Below are positions 18,340-28,015 of a stretch of 64,000 nucleotides of DNA, one piece after another; within the stretch, counting starts at the first letter, position 1, and every line of letters starts with the position of its first letter. The notes beneath the pieces were generated by a model. The model saw only the letters and a list, made by a program, of their open reading frames with translations. It did no database searches and was not told where the DNA came from. Both the position numbers and the translations under genes were made by a program. The stretch comes from a virus (lineage: Duplodnaviria > Heunggongvirae > Uroviricota > Caudoviricetes): IMG/VR virus record IMGVR_UViG_2802428982_000005, positions 19,927 through 83,926 of that record. One strand, 5' to 3'.

Positions 18340-19643
18340 TGGTCCTCCTGTCCCGTGCCTTCTTCGTCCTCGTCGTCCTCGTCGGCCGGTTCTTCTTCGG
18401 GGGTCTCGTCGTCCTCTGGTTCTGGCTCCACCTCGGACGCCCCGGGTGAGTCCGGGGGCGTCCAGCCCAGGGGCGCCATGTTGGTGGGTTGCAGCCGGAT
18501 GTCGCCGCCCTCCACGGGTTCCATGTCCTCGCGTTCGCGGATGTCGTTGACGCTGTAGACACCGGCGTCGCGACCGGCCTTGTAGGACGTCCATAGGGAC
18601 TTGATGTCGCCGCGGAGCAAGTCGTTGACGTCGAACTTCACGAAAACGCCGCGCGGAAGCAGTGCGGACAGTTGCTGCTCAATGCAGGTGAGCCAGGGGC
18701 GCAGGGTGTACCGGACGAAGCCGGTGGACTGCTGCTCGATGCCAGTACCCCATGAGGTCGTCTTCTCGGTGTCGCCGATCATGTGGGGCGGGATACGGAA
18801 CAACATGGCGATCTCGCCGCGCTGGTACTTACGCGTCTCCAGGAACTGGGACTCGTTGGGCGATATGGCGATTGGACGCCACTTCACCCCGCCGGACAAG
18901 ATCGCGGGGCGGCGACGGCCGCCATGGCTGGCGATCCATTGCTGTTGCAGATTCTTGGTTGCGGTGGCGTCTAGGACGAGGTCTGTTTCAAGGACGGAGC
19001 TGGGGTTGGCTGAGTCGCGGAAGTAGTTGAGGCCGTATCGTTCTGCGGCAAGGGCGATGCCGACGGCTGCTGCTGCGCGTTGTACGGGGGACAGTCCGAG
19101 TGCCGCTCCGGCGATGGGGTATCGCTTAATGTGGAGGATGTCGGAGCGGTCGACCTTGCTGCCCTCAACGTAATAGTTGGGGTTGGGCCACCGGTCCTTG
19201 TCGGGCATCTCCACTGTGATGCAGTCGGGATGGACGGGCATGATGCCGCGCGGCCGGTCGTCGGGTCCGCGGGATGTTATGTAGCCGTACCCGTTTCCAG
19301 TTACAGCCAGCGCTTCAACCAGCATCCAGACCCAGTCGAAGATCGTGTTTTCTACGTAAGGCTGTTGGACGATGACGGGCTGGGGATCGAGGGCCACCTT
19401 GGTCTTGCCCTGACGCCGGTACGCGACAAGCGGCAGCGCGGCGATGGTGTCGGCGAGAAGCGTTACGCAGGCAGAGAAGGCGGCGACCTGCATCTCGCGG
19501 GTGCCCGTCGGCGTCATGGACCCGTACCCGTACATGCCGTTCATCGCGGCGTCCTCGGCCGGGGTAGGCACAAACGACGAGCTGGTGATGGCCCGCTCCT
19601 CCACCGCGGGTGCGCCGGTGAAGATGCGGGACAGGAAGCTCAC
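18336..19643 (-). CDS. portal protein (435 aa)
   Basis: Size; position after TerL; acidic C-terminus EPEPEDDETPEEEPADEDDEDEEG. Confidence 0.8.
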   Translation of the reverse strand: MSFLSRIFTGAPAVEERAITSSSFVPTPAEDAAMNGMYGYGSMTPTGTREMQVAAFSACVTLLADTIAALPLVAYRRQGKTKVALDPQPVIVQQPYVENTIFDWVWMLVEALAVTGNGYGYITSRGPDDRPRGIMPVHPDCITVEMPDKDRWPNPNYYVEGSKVDRSDILHIKRYPIAGAALGLSPVQRAAAAVGIALAAERYGLNYFRDSANPSSVLETDLVLDATATKNLQQQWIASHGGRRRPAILSGGVKWRPIAISPNESQFLETRKYQRGEIAMLFRIPPHMIGDTEKTTSWGTGIEQQSTGFVRYTLRPWLTCIEQQLSALLPRGVFVKFDVNDLLRGDIKSLWTSYKAGRDAGVYSVNDIREREDMEPVEGGDIRLQPTNMAPLGWTPPDSPGASEVEPEPEDDETPEEEPADEDDEDEEGTGQEDQ

Positions 19644-19809
19644 TGCTCAGTCCGCCGCTCACGGCTAGGAGGCGGGTCTATCGCTAAACCTATTGCTACA
19701 CAACCTATTCCGGTGACAATTAACCCTGCTGGGGGGTAAATTACCCACACGCCAGCGACAATCGCGAAGATTCCTAGCAGCTCAACGAGCGTTGCTACGG
19801 CAAACCTGA

Positions 19810-21420
19810 TCACTCAAACTCCCCTCGTTCCCATCGCGCGATCTCCTCGTCGTCGGGCCATTCATGGATTACGGGTACCGGTTCTGGCTCCGGTATCCCC
19901 TTGGATTCGGCCCACGCCGCCGCGGCGCAGGCAACCAGCGGAGAGGCGTCGACCGGGCTTCCCTTGCGGTCGAATACCCATGCGTCACCTAGTGATTTCG
20001 CTGCGGCGGATGCGGCGGCGGTGTCTAGTGCTGCCTGGGGCCGGTGCTTGATGCCGCGTTGCACGAGGCCGTCGTAGAAGTCGCCGCACGCCTTCGCGAG
20101 GTCCGGGCCGCCCCACTCCAGCACTGGGATTTCGGCCTTTTCCATGCCCTCGATCAGCCCGGAGGCTGGCGCACCGCGGACCTGTACAGCCACTGCGACG
20201 AACTTTCCGGCGCGTGTGGAGTCGGTGAACCATGGGATGATCCAGTCGGTTCCGCGTCCGGCCTTCACGACTTCGACGTGTAGAAGGCCGTCCGCGCGGC
20301 GCGCCGCGATGGCGATATATGCGCGGGAGCGTTGGAAGTTGACGTCTACGGCAGCCCACACAGGCGCCCCCTCAGCCCTGCGTGAGTCCGGGTCCATCGT
20401 TTCCGCCCAGTGCTCGGGCTCGATGATTCCGGGCAACAAGGTGTCGACCCATTGGCATAGGTGCTCGGTCTTGAATCCGGCGATGTCGCCGCGCTTCGCC
20501 TCGTACTTGGCGGCCAGTGACTCCTCGTCGTGGCCCGGCAGCCAGCCGAGGGCGGGGTTGGCCATGGGCCACACCGACCGGTTGCTCGGCTCGGCGTCGT
20601 CCGGTGCCGACCACTCGAATAGGCCGGTGCTGGTGCCGTCGGTGTCCCGCCGGTAGATGTCTTCTAGGCAGCCCTGCCGGACAGAACGAAGCACCATGGA
20701 CCGCTTGTCACCGGCGTTGGATGCGCAGACAACTTGGCTGTTCGGCCGGGCAGTAGTGGTCGGGACGATGGCATCCCAGGCCAGCCAGTCGTGGTGCTCG
20801 CGCAGCTCGTCCAGCTGCGCCAGATCGACGGAGAAGGAACGGCCACCCTTGCGGTTTGCGGCGACCGCGCGCCATGACCGGCGGCCAGTCAGCAGCATGC
20901 GGTGCTTGCCGTTCGTCTGTACGTGCTTGACGAATTCCCGCTTGAGGGCTGGGCATTCGTCGACGTTGATGACGACTTCGCCCAGCGTCGCCTCGGCGTA
21001 CTCCAGACCCTGCGCGGCGATCAGGACCGTCTTCGCCGCCGGTGGCTTCCCGACCATCGGGCGGCCGGTCTTGTTGAGGTACAGGCGCCAGAGGCCGAGG
21101 CCGCGCAGCCACTGGGTTTTGCCGTTCTGGCGGGCGATCAATATGCAGACGGTGCGGAACCTGAATCCGGTTCCGTTGGCGCCCTTCTCCAGGGCATGGA
21201 TGTAAAGCCACTTCTGGTACGGCAGAAGTTCCCAGTTGACGACGTTTTCGAGAAAGTCGATGCAGCCAAAGCCCCACGAGGTAGCGGGGTTTAGACCACA
21301 CCCGCATTCGCAGGTCTCGGGTAGGTCGGGGTCGCAGTGATCAGCTAGGGGTGGCGTGAACAGCCTGGGGACCGTGTGTCCCCTAAGCGTTCTGTCGAGA
21401 ACGCCACTCGTCGAGGTCAC
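19810..21420 (-). CDS. terminase large subunit (536 aa)
   Basis: Size; Walker-like ATPase region, then nuclease region; preceded by a small HTH subunit, followed by the portal. Confidence 0.8.
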   Translation of the reverse strand: MTSTSGVLDRTLRGHTVPRLFTPPLADHCDPDLPETCECGCGLNPATSWGFGCIDFLENVVNWELLPYQKWLYIHALEKGANGTGFRFRTVCILIARQNGKTQWLRGLGLWRLYLNKTGRPMVGKPPAAKTVLIAAQGLEYAEATLGEVVINVDECPALKREFVKHVQTNGKHRMLLTGRRSWRAVAANRKGGRSFSVDLAQLDELREHHDWLAWDAIVPTTTARPNSQVVCASNAGDKRSMVLRSVRQGCLEDIYRRDTDGTSTGLFEWSAPDDAEPSNRSVWPMANPALGWLPGHDEESLAAKYEAKRGDIAGFKTEHLCQWVDTLLPGIIEPEHWAETMDPDSRRAEGAPVWAAVDVNFQRSRAYIAIAARRADGLLHVEVVKAGRGTDWIIPWFTDSTRAGKFVAVAVQVRGAPASGLIEGMEKAEIPVLEWGGPDLAKACGDFYDGLVQRGIKHRPQAALDTAAASAAAKSLGDAWVFDRKGSPVDASPLVACAAAAWAESKGIPEPEPVPVIHEWPDDEEIARWERGEFE

Positions 21421-21835
21421 TCACGTTGTCACCGGTGGCATCGCCACTGCCCTCGGTGCTCTCGTCGTCTTCGTTTCCGTCCGGGTCCGGCGGGTCTCCG
21501 CCAACCCGGCTCCCGGCCGCTGGCTCAAGCCCGAATAGCCGGGCCTCCTGCTGAGCGACGCGGCGGCAGTGTTCAGCAGATCGGGTGTCCCCGGCGACCG
21601 CCCGCGGGTAGTGGGCGGCCCACAACGCCTCCAGCCGCTCCAGGTAGACGTCGAAAGCCTTGTCGCGGAGCAGGTCGCGCCGCTCTGACTTCGCCATCTC
21701 GCGGCGTACCGCCTTGTGGCAGGCGGCCAGGGTGTTGTAGCCGCACGCCTCCTGGATGGCACGGAAGGACTTACCGGCGATGAACAGCCGCACCGCCTTC
21801 ATATCCCGCTCCAGGCGCTCGGCAGCGCGCATCAA
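21383..21835 (-). CDS. terminase small subunit (150 aa)
   Basis: Small HTH-containing protein overlapping the TerL start. Confidence 0.6.
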   Translation of the reverse strand: MMRAAERLERDMKAVRLFIAGKSFRAIQEACGYNTLAACHKAVRREMAKSERRDLLRDKAFDVYLERLEALWAAHYPRAVAGDTRSAEHCRRVAQQEARLFGLEPAAGSRVGGDPPDPDGNEDDESTEGSGDATGDNVSDLDEWRSRQNA

Positions 21836-23343
21836 TCCTCACCGTCCTCGTCCAGCTCGGGTTCCGCGATCAAGGTGACTTCCTCCCCGCAACGGCGTGC
21901 AGCCCGTATCCGGTCGCCCTTCACCAGCACCAAGATGTCCTGGTGCACCCGGCCCAGTGCGCGACCTTTGGAGAAGGGGCGTGCCGCGCGGGCGGCGTTG
22001 GACCCGATGGCGGTCAGAAGTACGGCGTCGTTGGCGAGCTTCATTCCGGTGGCCTCGGCCGCGCGCCAAACCAGGGATCGCATATCGCGTAGGTCCCCGC
22101 GCTTGTCGCGGGCTGACCCAACCACGAGTGCCGCGAACGAGTCGGGCCGCAGCACCCGGGCCACCTCGGCGATAGTCTCGATGAAGGCGGCATCGAACTC
22201 GTCCGTGGACATGGCCGACAGGTCGGCCGGGTCCTTGGAGTACTGCTCCAGGTCGTAATAGGGCGGGCAGCCGATCATCATGTCGAACGACTCGTCATCC
22301 AGGGTCTGGAGAACATCGCGAGAGTCGCCCTGAATCCACCGCGGTGCCGTGACGGTCGTGGCCATCTGCGGGAGTCGCGGCTCCACCACCGCCCACTGTT
22401 CCCCGTTCACCGCCAGCTGGTCACCGGACAGGTCGATGCCGGTGTACCTGCGGCCGAGTGCGGCCGATACGACACCCCGGACCGAGCCGCCGGACCACGG
22501 GTCGATGACGTCGGCCTCCACCGGTGAGAACCACGACACCAGCAGCTCGGCGAGCACCGGGTCGAATACCGAGATGGCGCCGCCCTCGGCGTAGAACTTC
22601 AGCTCGTCGCCGTAGCGCTCCATGATCTCGGCGGTGGTCAACGTCCGGCCGATCTTCTTCTCAGCGGCGTTCTTGATCTCGTACCAGTTGGCGTAGATCG
22701 ACTGAGGCGCCTTGAACGCCATGATGCCCGTTGCGGCACGGGCATCCGACCCACCTTCTGTATCGACCGAGCGGCCGGACGCCGAGGCGATCCCGAGCGC
22801 CTTCCACGCCTTAACCCGTTGCTTCCAGGCGCCCTGCTTGGCATCGAGCACCGTGAACGGTGGAACCCCGAACCGGGACGCCAGCGTGCTCTTGGCATCG
22901 GACACCGCACCGTCTCCGTCTGGCACGGTCAGCTCGGCCGCCAGCTCCTCCAGGTCGGCCGCCGTGTAACCGGTGCCGTCCAGCTCGTCCAGGCCCTCCA
23001 GGAGCGCCAGCAGTTCGGCGGTGTCGTAGTCACCCAGGTCGGACAAACGGTTGTCGGCCGCGACGATGGCCTTGGCCTGCTGCTCGGACACGTCCAGCAA
23101 CGTGGCGCTGATGGTGTCCCAGCCCAGCTTGCGGGCCGCCAGAAGGGTATGGTTGCCCGCCAGCACCTCCATCGGGCGACCGGTCTTAGTGCCCGCGTTG
23201 ACGACAATCGGCCGGTACTGGCCATGACGGGCCAGCGACTGGACGATGGCGTCGACCTGGCCCCGGCGCGGATTGCCGGCGAAAGTCCTCAGGTCGGTTA
23301 CAGCAAACACTCGGACGACCAGGTCCTCGGGGGTCATGGCCAT
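21832..23343 (-). CDS. ParB-like nuclease domain fused to N6/N4 DNA methyltransferase
   Basis: ParB N-domain LAGNHTLLAARKLGWDTI; MTase motifs DPWSGGS (motif I-like) and IGCPPYYDL ((D/S)PPY); start likely ATG 23343 or 23337 (ORF-track 23394). Confidence 0.7.
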   Translation of the reverse strand: MAMTPEDLVVRVFAVTDLRTFAGNPRRGQVDAIVQSLARHGQYRPIVVNAGTKTGRPMEVLAGNHTLLAARKLGWDTISATLLDVSEQQAKAIVAADNRLSDLGDYDTAELLALLEGLDELDGTGYTAADLEELAAELTVPDGDGAVSDAKSTLASRFGVPPFTVLDAKQGAWKQRVKAWKALGIASASGRSVDTEGGSDARAATGIMAFKAPQSIYANWYEIKNAAEKKIGRTLTTAEIMERYGDELKFYAEGGAISVFDPVLAELLVSWFSPVEADVIDPWSGGSVRGVVSAALGRRYTGIDLSGDQLAVNGEQWAVVEPRLPQMATTVTAPRWIQGDSRDVLQTLDDESFDMMIGCPPYYDLEQYSKDPADLSAMSTDEFDAAFIETIAEVARVLRPDSFAALVVGSARDKRGDLRDMRSLVWRAAEATGMKLANDAVLLTAIGSNAARAARPFSKGRALGRVHQDILVLVKGDRIRAARRCGEEVTLIAEPELDEDGED

Positions 23344-23394
23344 GTGGATTCCGTCAACTTTCGTCGGGGGGGGAGGACACAAGCCGGGCGGCAT

Positions 23395-23522
23395 GGGCCT
23401 CGGCTAGGCGTTTGAAGTTTCGGAGGCCCCTTACCCCTCTGATTGGCCCTGAGACGGCCGTTTGTGGGGTGTCGGGTGTCATCGGCCCTCTGTGGCACGG
23501 GGGCGTACAGGGCGTTTCAGCG
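23395..23522. other. non-coding gap between the HNH gene and the ParB-MTase/terminase block; candidate cos/packaging-site region
   Basis: Position only: an HNH endonuclease gene upstream and terminase genes downstream is the usual cos neighbourhood. Confidence 0.3.
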
Positions 23523-24275
23523 TCACCACTGCTCTGAGGGCAAACCGATGTCGATGTGGGCGTCGTCGGTGCCGCGTTTGAGGTTGCAGTCGCGGTGGGA
23601 GGGCCGGAGGTTGTTGATGTCCATGGCCAGCTCCGGGCGTTCCTTGACGGGTGCGGCGTGGTCGGCGTTAAAGACGTCGGGGTGGTAGGGGTCGGTGATG
23701 GTGTAGTCGATGGGGCGGTGGCAGATCCAGCAGGGTGCGCCGGTGGTGCCGTCGTCGTTGGTGTGGTGGGCGCAGGCTGTGCGGAAGTCGGCGACGAGCT
23801 TGCGGTAGGCGCGGGAGCGTGGGCGTCCGTCTGCGTCCAGTCCGGGTACGTCGGCGGGGTCCACGGGTGTGGTGGGCGCTTCGTCGTGGGTCTCGTACCA
23901 ATGGCGTGCTGCCTGCTGGATGTTGTGGGGCCGCTGCTGCTGGGCGCGGGCGAGTACTACGTCCTTGCCTGGGTTGATGGTTACGACCTCTGCGCCCAGT
24001 GCCCGGTACTTGGTGAGCAGGGCGTCGCTGGGGGTGGAGTGGATGACGTACACGTCGGTGGTGGCGATCAGTAGGACGGCGGCGTCTATGGCTGCCTGCC
24101 GGGCTGCCTTCGTTACGGCCTTCACGTGCTCGGGGTGGGTGTGGGGGTCACCGTGGGGCGGGGTGAGGACGTTGGCGATGGCGTCGTAGTCGATGGTGAT
24201 GTCGCCGGGCTGGGCGTTGGCCTGTACCCACGTGGACTTGCCTGCGGCAGGCGGGCCAGTCACCACGTACAGCAC
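23523..24275 (-). CDS. P-loop kinase-like domain fused to HNH endonuclease (250 aa, GTG start)
   Basis: Walker A YVVTGPPAAGKST; C-terminal HNH CWICHRPIDY...ADHAAPVKERPELAMDINNLRPSHRDCNLKRG; GTG 24275..24273 overlaps the upstream stop. Confidence 0.65.
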   Translation of the reverse strand: MLYVVTGPPAAGKSTWVQANAQPGDITIDYDAIANVLTPPHGDPHTHPEHVKAVTKAARQAAIDAAVLLIATTDVYVIHSTPSDALLTKYRALGAEVVTINPGKDVVLARAQQQRPHNIQQAARHWYETHDEAPTTPVDPADVPGLDADGRPRSRAYRKLVADFRTACAHHTNDDGTTGAPCWICHRPIDYTITDPYHPDVFNADHAAPVKERPELAMDINNLRPSHRDCNLKRGTDDAHIDIGLPSEQW

Positions 24276-24520
24276 TAGACCGCCACCAGGTGGCCGCACT
24301 CCAGGCAGCGGGGTGTGCCGCAGTAGCCGGTGATGCGGATGCGGTCGTCCGCGGCCAGGACCACGGCGCCGTGGGCGGGTGCGCCGGGTCCGGCCAGGGT
24401 GCCGTCCAGCCGGAACCACTCACTACCGCACTTGATGCAGCGGTGGTTAGAGGTAGGCGGGGTGCGGTGGTCGTCCAGACGGATGACGGAACCGCTCGAC
24501 TGGTTGACCTGCTCCTTCAC
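24275..24520 (-). CDS. small zinc-ribbon protein (80 aa, GTG start)
   Basis: CIKCGS...CLECGH pairs; GTG 24520..24518 overlaps the upstream stop TAG. Confidence 0.5.
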   Translation of the reverse strand: MKEQVNQSSGSVIRLDDHRTPPTSNHRCIKCGSEWFRLDGTLAGPGAPAHGAVVLAADDRIRITGYCGTPRCLECGHLVAV

Positions 24521-24822
24521 TAGGAACGCCCAGGTCGTAGGAGCCGGAGTGCTCGACCGCGGCAATGCTTGTATTTGGTGAGCATGCGCAGCAGTGGCCG
24601 CTTCCAGTGGGGCGCGGTCAGATAGCGGACCGTGTCGTGAGCGTCGGTGATGAGCGCGAGGGCACGGGCGAGTGGGTCCGGTGACCGGCGCGACGGGCAG
24701 GCGGGTGGTTCTAAATCAGGTGTAAGTCCGTCAGTGACGTGGACCCCTGAATATTTCTTGCCACTCACGTGGTCGATGTACACAACGCCGTCGATCACGA
24801 CGCCTACGCGCTGGCCGGTCAT
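24520..24822 (-). CDS. hypothetical protein (100 aa)
   Basis: ORF in the minus-strand operon; no recognisable motif. Confidence 0.4.
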   Translation of the reverse strand: MTGQRVGVVIDGVVYIDHVSGKKYSGVHVTDGLTPDLEPPACPSRRSPDPLARALALITDAHDTVRYLTAPHWKRPLLRMLTKYKHCRGRALRLLRPGRS

Positions 24823-25253
24823 CAGTGGAGACCCACGGGTTTATGGCCGCGGACGTCGGCGTCACCGGGGCAGCTGGTGCACAGGGCGTCTGGGCCGCCG
24901 AGCCAGTCGGGTGCCGGGTGCTCGCACTTGCCGTCGGCGTGGGAGGGGTGTCCGCAGTAGCCGCATGGGGGGTTACTGGTGTCAGCCTCTGGTCGCTCCA
25001 CGGTCGCTACAAACTCGCAGAACGTGTACTCGGCGAGTGGCCGGTCAAGGTTGGCGGCTGCGAGCGGTACACCGGTGTTCGGGTCCTTCGGCAGGGCGTC
25101 GACCGGTATTACGGCCGACGTGACCGCGACAACGGTGAGGCCGTCGGCCGCCGCGGTGGTCTCAATCGACTCGCGGGTGTGCCAGAGCACCTGGTCCATG
25201 TCCATGTCGGGAAGGACCGGGATGACGGCGCGGATGGTGCGCTGGTTGCTCAC
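24822..25253 (-). CDS. hypothetical Cys/His-rich protein (143 aa)
   Basis: ORF; CGYCGHPSHADGKCEHP metal-binding-like cluster. Confidence 0.45.
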   Translation of the reverse strand: MSNQRTIRAVIPVLPDMDMDQVLWHTRESIETTAAADGLTVVAVTSAVIPVDALPKDPNTGVPLAAANLDRPLAEYTFCEFVATVERPEADTSNPPCGYCGHPSHADGKCEHPAPDWLGGPDALCTSCPGDADVRGHKPVGLH

Positions 25254-25693
25254 CAGAACGGCCGATCATCGGCGCGGGGCGCGTGATATATGCGTGCGGG
25301 CGGGCCGTACAGCAGCTCCCGCGGTACCGGGACGTCGTCGAACACGTACGTGTCGGCCCGGTAGTGCGCGCCGCTGCGGCTCCGGCCGATAGACAGGAAC
25401 TGGACCCGGCCGCCGGAGCGGTGCCGGATGGACAAATCGTTGGCACTGCGGCAGACCCGCTCCAGATTGTCGATGCCTGGCATGAGATGGGCATTGACGA
25501 GGTTGCGGTGGTGTTCCTGTGCCACGGGCCAATCCGACGTCTCGTACAGCACCAACCGGCCGCGCCGAAGCTCACCGGCAACGAGGTCGAGCAGGATGTG
25601 CGTCTTGCCGTGCTGGCGGTCGCCGCTGACGGTGACCACGGTGACCCTCGGGCCACCGACGGCATCCTGGTGGACCTGCTCCGCGGTGGTCAC
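25250..25693 (-). CDS. small P-loop NTPase-like protein (147 aa, GTG start)
   Basis: Walker A VSGDRQHGKT; GTG 25693..25691 overlaps the upstream stop TGA; the ORF-track N-terminal 103 aa are Arg/Pro-rich run-in. Confidence 0.5.
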   Translation of the reverse strand: MTTAEQVHQDAVGGPRVTVVTVSGDRQHGKTHILLDLVAGELRRGRLVLYETSDWPVAQEHHRNLVNAHLMPGIDNLERVCRSANDLSIRHRSGGRVQFLSIGRSRSGAHYRADTYVFDDVPVPRELLYGPPARIYHAPRADDRPFW

Positions 25694-26082
25694 GCGTGGT
25701 GGTCCTGGATGTCCTGGATGACGGGCTGGTGGGCGTTGGCGAGCGGCTCCCGCGAGACCTCGCGGGCGATGGCGGCGTTGCCCCACATCAGGACTTCCTC
25801 CACCTTGGTCAACGCGAGGGACTTCTCGCGGCCCGGCGGGAGGATCGAGTCGAGATCGTGCGCCAGGTCCCGGCACTTCCCACGGATGCTCTCGTGTCGG
25901 GTGACCTGGTCGACATCGGGTCGGTGGTAGTTGAACCGGTGCTCGATGTCGACGTGACTGGCGGGGGTGCTGTGGAACATGGCTGGGTCTCCTTGGAGCC
26001 ATAGGTTGCAGGTCATGGTCAGACCTGCCTCGTCGATCACTGCTCGCAACAGCGGGTCGTGGAGGGCGGGCTGGGTCAGCAC
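25690..26082 (-). CDS. hypothetical protein (start ambiguous: GTG 26082, GTG 26091 or ATG 26016)
   Basis: Protein-like composition; no motif recognised. Confidence 0.4.
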   Translation of the reverse strand: MLTQPALHDPLLRAVIDEAGLTMTCNLWLQGDPAMFHSTPASHVDIEHRFNYHRPDVDQVTRHESIRGKCRDLAHDLDSILPPGREKSLALTKVEEVLMWGNAAIAREVSREPLANAHQPVIQDIQDHHA

Positions 26083-26447
26083 AGGTAGCACTTCTTCTTG
26101 GTGTGGTCGTGCTGGCGTCGGTGGCAACCGGGGCATTTGCCGCCGAGCTGCTGGCCGCAGTGCCCGCACACCTCTGGGGCGCGCGGTGCCGGTGCGGCGG
26201 GAGTGGGCAGTGTGAGGAGCAGGGTGTAGAAGGTCAGCGGCTGGGACGCCGGGTACGCCATGCCTGCGACGGTGTCCACGACGTCCGGGGTGAAGAGGTC
26301 GGGGTCGGTGGTGATCACCACGGGCTTGCAGCGGCGCCCCTTACGCGACTGCCCCGGTGTGATGATCTGCCAGCCGGTCAGGTCCAGTAGGTCGGCCAGC
26401 CGCTCGCCGTCCTCACGGCTGCGTGCGACTACGACACCGGCGCGCAT
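26076..26447 (-). CDS. hypothetical protein with C-terminal Cys cluster (123 aa)
   Basis: ATG 26447..26445 overlaps the upstream stop; C-terminal CGHCGQQLGGKCPGCHRRQHDHTKKKCYLC. Confidence 0.45.
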   Translation of the reverse strand: MRAGVVVARSREDGERLADLLDLTGWQIITPGQSRKGRRCKPVVITTDPDLFTPDVVDTVAGMAYPASQPLTFYTLLLTLPTPAAPAPRAPEVCGHCGQQLGGKCPGCHRRQHDHTKKKCYLC

Positions 26448-26929
26448 CAGACGGGCGCCGGGTGGTTCTGGAACCAGCCCTCGTACTGCTGCGGCGTGAG
26501 GAACGGATACCGCTGCACCGTCGTCAGGTTGACCGTCCCACCACCGGCGGTGGGGGCGACGATGGCGAAATTCCGCCATGACCGGTCACCGCGGTTGAAC
26601 ACGATGTTGGAGAAGCTGATGTCGATGTACAGCGGTTGATCCCACGCCAGGAGCGGGGTGTTGGCGATGAGCTTGACGTTGACCGTGCCATCCAGCTGCT
26701 TCAACCGGCCCTCGTCGAGACGGGCGGTGAAGGTGTCGAGCGCGAAGTCGGTGGGGCGTGGGTCGTACTCGGCGGCGCGGAACGCCCAGCCGGACGGCAC
26801 CCGGTACCGGAACAGGATGGTGCCGGTGACGGGTCGGATGTCCGGCTCGTTGTCCGGGTCGGTCTGGCGGTCGGTGACACCTGCCCAGGTGTCGTAGCTG
26901 ACCGTGAACGACTCTGGCAGAGCGCTCAC
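26447..26929 (-). CDS. hypothetical protein (160 aa)
   Basis: ORF; ATGA overlap with the next gene. Confidence 0.45.
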   Translation of the reverse strand: MSALPESFTVSYDTWAGVTDRQTDPDNEPDIRPVTGTILFRYRVPSGWAFRAAEYDPRPTDFALDTFTARLDEGRLKQLDGTVNVKLIANTPLLAWDQPLYIDISFSNIVFNRGDRSWRNFAIVAPTAGGGTVNLTTVQRYPFLTPQQYEGWFQNHPAPV

Positions 26930-27267
26930 TTGCCCTTGGCGCCCTTACCGGTGTCGGCTGTGGTCCCGTCCTCGCCGCCGGTCGTGTACGCCTCGCCGGT
27001 GTGCACGGTCTCCAGCACCTCGGGGTCCTGATTGGTGGCATCGCTGAGGTGGGCGTCCGGCGCGACGATCAACGACTCCGGCGGCACGCCGTCGAGGCTG
27101 ACGCCGTCCATGACGGTGCCGGTCGGGACGGCGGGGGCGGCACGACGCCCGGACTCGACGGCGGCCAGCGTCACTGTGCCCTCTGCGGTGAGGTCAATGG
27201 TGTATTCGTCGACATCCTGCAAGTAGATGACGCGGTCGTTGAAGCGGATCTCAAGGCGTGCGGCCAT
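26926..27267 (-). CDS. hypothetical protein (113 aa)
   Basis: ORF. Confidence 0.4.
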   Translation of the reverse strand: MAARLEIRFNDRVIYLQDVDEYTIDLTAEGTVTLAAVESGRRAAPAVPTGTVMDGVSLDGVPPESLIVAPDAHLSDATNQDPEVLETVHTGEAYTTGGEDGTTADTGKGAKGK

Positions 27268-27556
27268 CAGGGTCTCCTAAGTTGGGGAAGAGGGACTTGA
27301 AGGGGATGGACGGGAGACCGCGCAAGCGCGAAAGTAGCTCCGTCACAATGGTTTTAGCCAGTTCGTCGAACTTGTTGAGGCCAGCGCGGTCCAGGATTGC
27401 GCGGGTAACGGCGTCGGCGATCACGGGCAGCTTGTCGTCAAGTTCACCGATTCGCGCGAACACGCGGTCCAGTACCCGGTCAATCAGCTTGTCCAGCAGC
27501 CGGTCGATCAGTGTGTTTGATGGACGCCGAGCGGGCTGGACTTGGGAATCATCCAT
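27251..27556 (-). CDS. hypothetical protein (101 aa)
   Basis: ATG 27556..27554 with AGGGAG SD ~10 nt upstream; the ORF-track N-terminus is rejected as run-in. Confidence 0.5.
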   Translation of the reverse strand: MDDSQVQPARRPSNTLIDRLLDKLIDRVLDRVFARIGELDDKLPVIADAVTRAILDRAGLNKFDELAKTIVTELLSRLRGLPSIPFKSLFPNLGDPDGRTP

Positions 27557-27902
27557 TGCGCGTATCTCCCTGTGTAACAAAATGTTTGGGGGTGCACCGG
27601 GCCTAGTTACCCGTTCGGCCGTGACGCGACAGCTGCCCAGCTTGTTCCACGCGAGGGCAAATGGCGGCCCGGTGCACCGGCCTTTGGGGCTTCCCGCCAG
27701 CGCGGCGCAGCGCGCCCTCACCCCCAAGGAGTTGGGGCGTCCTGGGCATCGGCGTACCACCCGCCCGACAGGCCGGGCAGCGATGTGGTGGCGTACCTGG
27801 TGACCCCGGCGCCGAGCACGCGGCGAACCTGGGGCCGCGCGCTTACCGGCAGTATCAGCGGTACCGGGTTGACGCGGCGCGGGTCGGGAAGCGGATAAAC
27901 GA

Positions 27903-27932
27903 AACGCCCCCGGGGTGAGTACCGGGGGCGTT
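27903..27932 (-). terminator. intrinsic terminator-like hairpin closing the low-GC moron operon
   Basis: Perfect 11-bp stem aacgcccccgg / ccgggggcgtt with an 8-nt loop; on the minus strand it is followed by UCGUUUAU; lies 85 nt downstream of gene 28016..28345 in a ~450-bp non-coding gap. Confidence 0.5.
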
Positions 27933-28015
27933 CAAGGCACAGCGGTGCCAACGACATATGTATAACACGTGATACGGGCGCATGCCCGTACGCAGATCAG
28001 ACGGGTGTGTCGGGC

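Noticed and set aside
27557-28015. ORF 27718..27957 (-) and plus-strand ORFs in the 450-bp gap
   Set aside because: No start context and Arg/Pro-rich low-complexity translation. The region is better explained as a non-coding promoter and terminator spacer flanking the moron operon.
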